Positions 14,778 through 26,456 of a stretch of 64,000 nt of DNA are shown piece after piece (the first letter of the stretch is position 1; every line of letters starts with the position of its first letter). A program made the position numbers and the translations under genes. The stretch comes from Octopus sinensis (Eukaryota), in assembly GCF_006345805.1 (NCBI RefSeq), contig NC_043000.1, forward strand, positions 96,348,001-96,412,000, read 5' to 3'. The notes below the pieces were generated by a model that was given only the letters and a program-made list of their open reading frames with translations, made no database searches and was not told the origin of the DNA.

Positions 14778-15663
14778 CAAGGTGCATTGAAAAAGTATCC
14801 AACTATATTTTTTCCTGTCAAAATTAATGCTGCATGGGCAAAATCCTTTGTTGTGGGTGGTGACACTACCCTTCCTGCACACGCATGAAATTTTTCATGC
14901 TGGTAGGCCATGTCAGTTCCCAGCTGTTATGCCTAGAATACAAACATAGATTTTTACTTTCATGTAAGGCGACCTAATGAATGAAGCAGAGACCATAAAC
15001 CCACATCTCATAATCAGTGATGATGGCCTTCATGAAGTCTGGGTTGTGGTTTGCACAGTCCAGCATCTCTTGAGCAATTTCCATGCATAGTTGATTCTGC
15101 TGCTCCATCAGTACCTTGAGAACAAATTTCGTTAACACTTTCTGCATTCACAAATCCTCCATTAAAATGCAATGTGCTGATTCTGTGCTTATTCCCACTT
15201 TGTGAGCGATTTCCTGGATTGTTACATGATGATCTTCTATGGCTGTTCACTCAATCTTCTCAACTGGCATCACATTTCAGCATGTGGATGGCCTGTCTGA
15301 GTGTGCCTAGCTCTCACTTAGATGTAGCCATATCTGAAGTGGTTGTACCACTCCTTGATCTGAGTTCTGCCCATGACATCATTGCCAAAGGCCTGCTGAA
15401 TAATCAAGTTGGTTTGAATGAGTATCACCAAGCTTTTGGCAAAACTTGATGCAACATCATTGCTTGATGCATTTGGTGAAACAAATATCTAATGAGATTC
15501 ACTACACGTCTGTAATCTAGGCATAACAGCTGAGAACTGTTGTGAAATTTTTCACTCATGCACAGGAAGAGTGGCTTTCATCTTCAACCCAAAGGATTTT
15601 GCCTATTCAGCATTAATTTTGGTGGGAAATAAATAAAGTCAGATACTTTTTGAATGCATCTCA
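14778..15663 (-). mobile_element. Internally deleted mariner with long (about 170 bp) inverted ends
   Basis: Ends caaggtgcattgaaaaagtatcc / agatactttttgaatgcatctca + TA; - strand encodes CIKFCQKLGDT..QQAFGNDVMGRTQIKEWY..VTIQEIAHKVGIS..IITDYEMWVYG. Confidence 0.85.
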
Positions 15664-16833
15664 TATATGTGTGTGCATGTTTGTGTCTCCTTGTCCTGAT
15701 GTGGCATAATAGTTGGAAGTAAATGTTGCAGTCATAGAAGCAGTGTTGTTCATTTCTGATATTCTTTATAAACATGTCTGGCCATAGGGAAATGTAACTT
15801 TACCTGGAAACAGGTGAGTATTGGTAACAGAAATGGCATCTGACTGGAAAATCTGCCTTAACAAGCTCCATTTGTCCCATACAAGAATAGAAAAGTGGGC
15901 ATTGAAATGATGATGATAATGATTGGATGTTGGATAAGATGTTTTGGGGAAAGTTTTATACAAGTACATATGCAGAGTACTTCTGCATATATATAATTAT
16001 ACTAAGACATTAAGACAATCAATTGGCAGAGACATTAGAGTGTTGAGTAGATTGCTTTGCAGTATTCATCATGGATCTCTGCATTCGAAGATCAAATCCG
16101 CCATAGTCAACTTTCCCTTATTTGAGGAAAATAAATAAAATACTGTACTTAATTCTTCTCTCTCACTTTTTCTCTGGAAGAAATAGGTTGTCTTTCAGAT
16201 ATAGAGAGGTATGGGCTTTGCCAAATTGAATAAAAACTTTTATAAATCCCAAAACTTGACTCCATCAAGTGTTGAGTACACCTGTCACCTATCATACTTA
16301 AATTCTTTTAACAAAAATGTGACCAACAAGTTTTGCAATTTTATTTTTGGTGAGAGAGCAAATGATTGTATTTATATGTTATCAGACAAGTGCTAATGTC
16401 AGTGGTTACACTAATACCAACACTGCATTGTATTCATTGTGGACTATTATCTCTCAAAATGGGTGGGGTTCAGGGTGCTGGAGAATTGTAATAAAGAGAA
16501 TAGAAATATGGAAGGTAATAGATGCGTCTGTACAGTTTTTTAATCTTTGCTTTCTGTGTATAATATTTAAACAAATTTTAATGTAATATTATAAAACTAT
16601 TTGTTGACCACAATCACAATAGCTATGACAATATCAACAATAATAATAGACTTTGGAATGTGTATGAGTAAATAAATAAAAGCAAATATATACGGCCTAT
16701 ACATGTAAGTTACATAGAAAAGAAGAATTTAAAAGACATTGTCAAAATTTGTGGGTTTTTTCATACATGTAATAAAGATGGCCACTTCATCTATAGCATT
16801 AGGTCCTGATATGTGTGCTTCTGCTCATTGTCA

Positions 16834-17044
16834 TAACCCTAGCATTTAAACCAGCCATATCCGGCCCATATATTCTACCACTGGCTAGATCTAACCTATC
16901 ACACCTACCCTGCAATGTAATTCTAAAAATAAGTAATCACATCATTGAAACCTTAAAGCTATAAGACTGTGCATGATTATTTCAAAATAATGTGAATGAA
17001 TAAGCATTACATTTGACAGAGTAATCTGAATGCTAAAAGGATAA
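16834..17044. mobile_element. piggyBac-like MITE, family 1
   Basis: aaccct(t)agcattt...aatgctaaa(a)gg ends; same family as 29940-30165, 39239-39458, 57037-57809 and 58800-59040. Confidence 0.7.
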
Positions 17045-17439
17045 TACATCAAGGGTAAATCAATTCAGCCTGAACTTGCCAGTGTTATTAAAAATCTTTG
17101 GTGTTACTGGGGTAGTCATGATGGGTATAGCAGGCTTTATATACTTGTGCCTCAGTGTCACTTTGATGGCATGTGCTGCGCTCTCACTCAATAATAATAA
17201 TAATAAACTTATGTGCATATTGCGCTCAGGTTCACCACAACTCATTGAAAAGGGTAAATGAGGGGACAAAAAGAAGCGATAAATCAAAGAAAGACAGCAA
17301 TGAAAGCTAGAAGTGCATGCAGAGGACACAGGATAAAATGCATAAAAGCGTTGCAGAGAAGAAAGGGGTACAAGAGGCACATCAGGAGTGGTGTTAGCAA
17401 ATTTTGGCGAAGCATGGAATTTTTGAGGGAAGCAGTGTT

Positions 17440-17829
17440 ACTGACAGCTAGCAACCGATGATGATAATGATGATGACGACGACGATGATGATGATGATGG
17501 TGCCGATCCTCCTCTTGCCCCTTTTCATTATCATCATTATCACCATCATCTACACCACTACCATCATCATCATTAGTATGCAAAAGATGAAGGCTTCGAT
17601 GACGACGACGGCGACGACCCTGCGAGTCAGTTAGTAGAATACGCATGCGGGTCCGAAAACTAGTTGCAGTTTACGGATGTAGGCATACAAGCGGAGAGAA
17701 GGCAGCAAGGCAGTAAAACAGACACAAGTTTGACAACCAACAAACTGACATTTTATTTATCCATTTTTCGTCGTTGTCAGTTTTTCGACGAAAACAATTC
17801 GTTTTCTTGTTTTCATGTGATTTTGGAGA
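17440..17829 (+). promoter_or_regulatory. CpG-enriched promoter / 5' UTR region of the SKAP-like gene
   Basis: Local rise in GC and CpG in an otherwise AT-rich window directly upstream of the first coding exon; ETS-like CGGATGT and ACGCATGCG motifs near 17640-17680. Confidence 0.55.
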
Positions 17830-17869
17830 ATGGCGAAGATTTACGAACCGGTCGGTAATCTACTGAGAG
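17830..17869 (+). CDS. SKAP2: SKAP1/2-like Src kinase-associated phosphoprotein, exon 1
   Basis: ATG GCG...AGA G|gtacgt; MAKIYEPVGNLLR joins in phase to DVEKFL, matching the SKAP2 N-terminal helix (IRNLLADVETF). Pro-orthologue of SKAP1 and SKAP2. Confidence 0.8.
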
Positions 17870-19278
17870 GTACGTGTTTAATTTGTTACATTCCTACATC
17901 ACACACACACATACAAATATTATGTTCCTTACATACTCTTACAGGAACATGCAGATTTTAATTAATAGGAAACCTTCGAAGTTCTGTCTCATTTTCTCTC
18001 TTGTATACTTCATATTTGGTTCATTTAAATCTCCATTCCTTTAGTTACTCAATAAAAGTAAATACCAAACGTACAAAATAAACCATTTACTAAAATACAA
18101 AATCACGAACACACATATACACATACATTCGGAGACATACTAATACATAATCGTATAAGCTTATTAAATGTAGTTTCAGTTAAGTCTTAATTCTAGTTGG
18201 TTCCTACGAAGGATAAAATGGTAAGGAGCGGAACAGGCGTCGAGCTGGTTTCCTTTTCATCTATGTCGTACCTCCGAGATGGAGTCATTCTTGCTTTATT
18301 GTTGTTGCTTAACCGCAGGTCAGCTCTGATAAAGCAGACCTATGATCAAAGAGTCAGGACGGCCAGTTTTTAGCCGTGGACATTCCGTCTTTCTTAATTT
18401 TTTTAATATCAAGAACTACATTGTCTATTGTATTTCCCTTTATCAAAAAAAACAAAAAAGAAAAAAAAAAAAACAAAACAAAAATTCGACTGCTATTTTC
18501 AGCAGATAGGATGGTTCTATAGAGGTTTATTCGTTGCATTTTATTTTGCATGTTTGCTCGAAGCTCGATTTTCCTATCATATCGGAATGATTGATAATTT
18601 AATGTTTACACCTACCGTCACAGTCCGATATATTATAAATTTATACATTAAAGTATAAAACCAATAATCGCCAATATACGAATGATATATAAGCACAAAC
18701 CCAGATCTTGTTCATTTTGATCATACATACATGCACATATACACACGCATATATAACACACATACTCGACATTACTTTTGCCCTTGCGATTTTGCTGTAC
18801 ATAGATACATACGTGTGTTTGTTTAGGGAAAACGTAAATATAACCACACACACAGCACAAAGCGATTTACATGAATACATTTATATATACATAAACAAAA
18901 TATAACCCATCATAGACATCTTTTTCAGTATCAGCCGGTTCAGCTGGTGAACATCGCTAATGTTATTTACATTTATGCAATTAAAAATAACAATTCTTGC
19001 ATTTATTCATCTTTAAATATCATGAAACAACATAATCGAATCTTCCTCAGCACGGGCCGTTTGGTGTTAATATATAATATAGTTCCTTGTGTAAACTATG
19101 TCATGTTACTATCGTTTTGTGAAATTAACATTTGACATCCTGGTGTTGCTCCAGAATTCTTGCATTGGTAGTTATGAAATTCTAACATCTAAGCAAACCA
19201 AGATATCAGCATTCTTGAAATAGATCAGATGGTTGTATAAGTGTGTAGACATAGGTTCCATGCCTAAGACATAAATAT

Positions 19279-19326
19279 ATGCATATATATATATATATAT
19301 ATATATGCATATATATATATATATAT

Positions 19327-19377
<51 letters not shown>

Positions 19378-19436
19378 GTGTGTATGTGTGTATATATATA
19401 TATGTGTGTGTGTGTAATATATATGTGTGTGTGTTG

Positions 19437-19467
<31 letters not shown>

Positions 19468-19611
19468 ATATATATATGTGTGTGTGTGTATATATATGTG
19501 TGTGTGTATGTATATATATGTGTGTGTGTATATTATGTGTGTGTGTATGTGTGCAGATATCTATCTATATATATATATATATGCAGATGTATGTATGTAT
19601 ATGTATATATA

Positions 19612-19647
<36 letters not shown>

Positions 19648-19650
19648 TTA
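19279..19650. repeat. Compound (TA)n/(TG)n microsatellite
   Basis: Directly visible alternating dinucleotide array. Confidence 0.95.
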
Positions 19651-20965
19651 TAATACAATATGACATATAATATCTATCTGCTTATTTGTCTTTATAATTA
19701 GTATAAATTACCAAATAAATATGCATTTTGCTTGAGTTGTGTGTGTGTATACACACACACTTGTGTCTGTATGTATATATGTATGTATATATGTATATAT
19801 ATATATATATATACATACACACACACACACACATATACACACCGTGAACAATCTGTTACGCAAACTAGGTGCTGTAATTATAAGTTGTTCTGTAAACCTT
19901 TGTCGCCATGATACATCTTCCTCTTTAAACTTGCTGTTTTTTAAATCAGCATCTGCATTTTTGTGGTTAGATTTTCGAAAACCTGTTAAAATGAGTGTGA
20001 TAGTCAATTCTGAGATGCTTCAAGTGCTGACTCCAATTTTTCTCGAGAACCTGTTTCGTTTACGAAAAGGCTTATTATTTTCGGCAGGCACCTCAAACGT
20101 TTCATATTCTAAATGACTGTTTACTAGCCATTTAATGTCATATTACGTTAATTGATCAATTATTCAAACACTTAATTGATTAGTAAAGAGATTATAGATA
20201 TTAGTTTATCGTTCTATAAAGATTTAGTGTTTATTACTTTGGGTGAGTGGAGTGATTGATGCCGTTATAAATTTGGTTATAATTTACATTTTTAATGTAT
20301 TTCTGTTGTAATTTTATATTTAATGGCATCTAAAAATAAAACGGTTGTTAAATAAATAAATTATTATTAAATATAAAAGGCGATGAGTGTGTATCTCATG
20401 CGAAAAGAAAAATATAACACAAACTGTTGATTTTTGCTTTACTTAATACAAAATTTGTCATAGGACAAAACATCATACGATGGGAAAATCCTGTTGCTTT
20501 GCAATGGAATCCGGATATGTTTTATTGTTAACAATATTTAACCTATGTAATTATATATCTATAAAAAAAAATGTGAGCCAATGAAATAGTATGACCTAAT
20601 AGATTTATCAGATTAGTTATATAACGCTTAGATAATGCAGTTCAGTTTATTAGCAATGGATGTCCTGTATTCAATATTTTCTGTTCACTGTTCAATATCT
20701 GTTCATACATATTATAACTACACTGGAAATTTCTGTATTTCTTGCTGATTGAGTGAAATGGTATGAGTCATCTGTGTGTATAGAAAAGCAAGAGACTCGG
20801 AGTAGTGATGGGAATGAATCATCAGCTTTAGCTAAATAAATTAATTTCTTCTAGTTGTATTGGGTACCTTTTCTTGTTTTGCACACACGAACTGATCTCT
20901 TTTACACTTTTGTATTTGTGTTATCTTCCTCCTCCCTCTCTTTATGCCTGTGTTTGAATGTGTGT

Positions 20966-21760
<795 letters not shown>

Positions 21761-21825
21761 ATATATATATGTAGATATGTCATGTATTAATATGTGTGTA
21801 TGATATATATATATATATATATATA

Positions 21826-22439
21826 TAACACCCCCACCACCCCGCCCTGACCCTAGCCACATTCAGATGGCTGATCCCCCTTATGTTATATATATATATA
21901 TATATATATATATAACATAAGGGGGATCAGCCATCTGAATGTGGCTAGGGTCAGGGCGGGGTGGTGGGGGTGTTACTGATGCATTTAGCCCCAGGCGAAC
22001 ATCAACGTCACCAGAAGGGCTGACACCATCTCGGTGTCCTTGCCAGCCTGCAAAGGGAGATCAGCCTCCCCAAAGATACGGATACTACATACGGACCGGT
22101 TTCGAGGTTATTGCCTCTTGTCAACGTATGGTAAGCACCGCTCTTCGTTGAGGGACTCCCTCTACAGGCTGGATATATAGATTTTCACAGTAACCACAGT
22201 CACTGGTGTAGTAAAACCGTTCGAAAACAATAATAAATCTCTGAGCGAGATATAAACAGTAACTGCTCTATAACATAAGGGGGATCAGCCATCTGAATGT
22301 GGCTAGGGTCAGGGCGGAGTGGTGGGGGTGTTACTGATGCATTTAGCCTCAGGCGAACATCGTCACCAGAAGGGCTGACACCATCTTATGTTATAGAGCA
22401 GTTACTGTTTATATCTCGCTCAGAGATTTATTATTGTTT
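21826..22439 (-). mobile_element. Hammerhead-bearing non-coding retroelement (Penelope pseudo-LTR / retrozyme-like)
   Basis: About 120-bp direct repeats 358 bp apart (21911-22031, 22269-22386), perfect inverted duplications at both ends, flanked by (TA)n, internal hammerhead. Confidence 0.75.
22088..22130 (-). ncRNA. Minimal type I hammerhead ribozyme, U3-A8 variant
   Basis: 5'-CAUACG UUGACAA GAGG caauaa CCUC GAAA C cg G UC^CGUAUG-3': stem I 6 bp, stem II 4 bp, palindromic stem III (ACCGGU), GUC cleavage triplet. Confidence 0.85.
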
Positions 22440-22473
22440 ATATATATATAAATATATATGTATTTGCATATCC

Positions 22474-22880
22474 TCATCATCAGCATCGTTTAACGTCCGC
22501 TTTCCACGCTAGCATGGGTTCGACGATTTGACTGAGGATTGGTGAACCAGATGGCTGCACCAGTCTCCAATCTGATCTGGCAGTGTTTCTACGGCTTGAT
22601 GCCCTTCCTAATGCCAACCACTCCGAGAGTGTAGTAGGTGCTTTTACGTGGCACCGGCACGAGGGCCTGCCAGGCGGTATTGGCAACGGCCATGCTCAAA
22701 CGGTGTTTCTTACATGCCACCGGCACAGGAGCCAGTCCAGCGACACTGACAACGACCTCACTCGAATGATTTTCCACGTGCCACCGGCACAAGTGCCAGT
22801 AAGGTAACGCTGGTAACGATATATATATATTCCGTCCAACCCATGCTAGCATGGAAAACGGACGTTAAACGATGATTATG
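22474..22880. mobile_element. Two RTE 3'-UTR-type elements in inverted (head-to-head) arrangement
   Basis: (cat)n gtttaacgtccgctttcc... at the left end and ...ggaaaacggacgttaaacgatg at the right end. Confidence 0.75.
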
Positions 22881-24299
22881 TATATATATATCTTACATGT
22901 TTTATATATATGTATATGTGCATGCATGCATAGATTTTTTTTGTGTGCTTATTTATAGTTTTAAAGCATTCTCACCTCAATGCACTCAGAAGTAGAGTTA
23001 TATATATTTACTATTGGTTAGTTTACAGCTTTATAAACCTGTTTCAGACAAAATCATAAAGACTGAATCAGGGTTGGGAAGCTCTTAAGTGTGCCAAGAG
23101 TAATGAAATACATAAATATAATCATTATCATCTTCATGTCTGCTTTCCATGCTAGCATAGGTGGGGGACTGTTCAACAAGGTCCAGTAGGTCAGAAGACC
23201 ACATTTTGCTCTAATGTTAGAAGGCCATCCAGCTGCAGAAACCATTCGGCAAGCTTTCTATAATTGGATGCTCTTTCTAATGTCAGCCATTTTACAATGT
23301 ACCAAGTGCTCTTCATGGCACCAATACTAGTGAAGTTACCATGTGGCTTGTAGCACTAAAATGGTTGGTAGAGTAGAAAGGGAGGTGGTTTTATGCTTGG
23401 TGTTGAGCAGTTAAAGCATGATAGATGGTGCCAGAACAGAACAGAAGTTTCTTGTTGTAAGAGATACATGGCTATCTTGCATTATATAAGGATGGGTTGA
23501 AGTAATTGGGGTGGAGCTGGAAACAGATAAAGATAAGTGCCATGATGTGTCTGAGTCTATCCTCAAAGTACAAGTTGAATGGAAGAGTGAATGGGACAGA
23601 AGATCAGGTGGATGGGTAAAGGCTGCAAGAGTATTGGAAAGAGTAAGAGATGGGGACAGGAGTGAATATAGCGAATGGTCAGTGGTAATTATGAGTGTGA
23701 GAATTGGTGATATGAATGAGGAATAGATGTCAGGAGAAGTGGCTCAGTGGAGAGGAAGTGATAACTGGCACTTATAGAAAGGGAGTGAACAGAAAAGAAG
23801 CCAAGAGTGTCAGGGAGAGCTAAACACAGATAATAGCAGAGGTGGAGGTGGTCAGAGGTACATAGGGGTGAATGTAGTGAGTAGCAAACAAAAGTGGCGG
23901 CTGGTCAATGATAAATATGAGATGACATTAAGAGTGAGATATATGTGTCAATAGTAAGTGGTTGGAGGAGAGAGAGTGAGGACTGGCAGTTTAGAAATGA
24001 GGAACCATGATGTTAAGTATGAAGGATGGATGTCAAAAGGAAGTGGTTCCAGAGAGAGAGAGAGAGAGATGCAATATGTAATTCTACTTTAATTACAGCA
24101 GCAAAATAATGCAATATTTAGAAGAGTGATGGAAGGATAAGGGGTGGGGAGATGATGGGGTAGGGCTATTTGATAGTAGTGCACTTTGAGTAGGTGTACT
24201 TCACCACCTAGCTTAGTGTACCATTTGGCTTTTTCGATACTTTTAGCAGAGTTCACACTGTTGTAAGCATTTGGACCAGGCCTCTGGTTTAGTGATTTC

Positions 24300-25500
24300 C
24301 ATAAGCATTCTATGTACCATCACCATCTGCACTTTCTTGCTCAATTCTTTCCCCTCTTTTCAAACATTCAAGGATTTCTCACCAACCTTGATCCCACACA
24401 TCTCTTACACTCTAACCACACTGAATTCTCTCTAAGGTACAAATTTCTCAGCCCCTATCTATCTCTCTTGCCCATTGTACACTCTCTACTCAAATTTGAC
24501 TCAAAATGTGGTATCTGCATATATATAGACTCCACTCTCTCTGCCTTTCATTTTTCTTGTCTAAATTTAAACAATAATGATTTCCAGTCATTCTTATTTC
24601 TTTACTGTCCACAAGGGGATACACACACAGGGGACAAACAAACAGATTAAGTCGATTATATCGACCCCAGTGCGTAACTGGTACTTATTTAATCGACCCC
24701 GAAAGGATGAAAGGCAAAGTCGACCTCGGTGGAATTTGAACTCAGAACGTAGCAGAAGATCAAATACCACTAAGCATTTCACCCGACATGCTAACGTTTC
24801 TGCCAGCTCTCCGCCAGTCATTCTGGCTCAATTTTCTCTCTCTCTCATTCACCTAAATATATCTGTTCCTTCTATCACGCTCTGAACTTCCTAAACCTTC
24901 AGCAACTCTTTGACTGTATCTCCTGTTGCACTGAGAACGTTTATCTCCCTTTTTGAAATTATTGTCCTAGGTGACTTCAGCGTTCCCTACTCCTCATGGT
25001 TCCCACACTGATGCTGTCAGTGCAAAGGCTGAATCCTTTGCTATTCTCAACTCTTTACACCAACGCATTTCATTTCCTACTCACACTCCACATGGACCCT
25101 GACATTCAAACACCCTTTTCTAACCTAAAAACTCGACCTTTTCCAAACCACGTCCTTCCCTGTACCTATTGAATCATCTAATTACTGCTTCATTGCAATT
25201 GTCCAATGTGCTATCACATATTTGCATAGTACCCCCTTTCTTTAGATACTATAGCTCTCCAAGACTGGTTGGGATTCTACCAGTTTTATGTCACTTATCC
25301 CTGGCTGCACATGTCCTTAATTCCTGACCTACAAATATACTGTCTCTTGTCTCTCTACCTTTTCTGTTACCTCTATAAGGGTCTCTATTTCTTGGAGTTG
25401 GCTGGCTTCGTACCTCCTCCATTTAGGTACTTATGACCCACCCATCTCCTCACTTCTCCTCACTCTTGGTGCATCCAGCTTTCTCAACCCTTCATTAACC
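24300..25500 (+). mobile_element. Highly decayed LINE endonuclease-region fragment interrupted by a SINE B (about 24595-24815)
   Basis: IIVLGDFSVPYSSW..AESFAILNSLHQRISFPTH resembles APE-domain motifs (GDFN..W; L.Q.I..PT). Confidence 0.45.
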
Positions 25501-25977
25501 AGTACGCCCTTTCTCTCCAGAAACTTCTCCCTATTCACGTCTTTCCTGTTTGGTTTAAACAGAACAATTATAATATCAAGCTTAGCCTCTTGGACAGCCT
25601 ATCCCTTCTCCAGACTTCAAAAGTGAAATACATATATGTGTGTGTGTGTGTGTATTAAGTGAAAGTGCATGGCCTTGTGGTTAGGGTGTTGTACTTACAA
25701 TCACAAATTGTGGTTTCAATTCCCAGACCAGGTGTTGTATTGTGTTCTTGAGCCAAACACTTCATTTCATGCTGCTGTGTGATCATTTTGATATTTGACA
25801 TGCGGCATACTTGTGCACCTGTACAGGTAATGTCAATTCGATGGAGGGAGTGAGTTTATGTGAACACAAACATCTGGTCACTATAAGTAAATCATCCGTG
25901 TGGTTGTTCAGTAAAAAATTGCGGAACTCTCATCTGTTGTCTAATGACAGAAGAGCTCATAAGACACACACACACAC

Positions 25978-26008
<31 letters not shown>

Positions 26009-26456
26009 TGCATGCATACTTATATGCTCTCTCACACACAGGCACACTCATACAATAAGTTTTCTACGCTTTTTGTGTACTATATTCACTCATATAGCAC
26101 TAGTTGGACTAAAGTTAGAAACTCCTGCTCAAGTTTCTGCACAGTAGGACTGAACTCTAGAAACTATGTGACTAAACCTGAAACTATGCAAAGTGGATTT
26201 CTTAACCGCACAACCACACACACACACACATACATACACATGATTTTTCATTAAGTTTTATTTAAGTTCTTAAGAACATTCAAGCCGTTCACTAACAAAG
26301 TGACAAGACTTTTTGGAGTTAAGAGAGTTCCTGGTGTTGAGTTGATGTGTTGATTGAGCTGATGATACATACATCTAAATGTGTATATCTATTTGCCTAA
26401 AAAATCTCAGATGTAGAATCCTTGGAACGACTTACAAATCTTCACTGTGCTGCTAC

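Noticed and set aside
17076-17261. 61-aa hydrophobic ORF (IFGVTGVVMMGIAGFIYLCL...)
   Set aside because: Overlaps what I recognise as a common dispersed repeat fragment and an (AAT)n tract; no splice or homology support
23300-24200. Purine-rich stretch with a 71-aa ORF (23511-23726)
   Set aside because: No recognisable domain on either strand; probably an old retroelement remnant that I cannot classify
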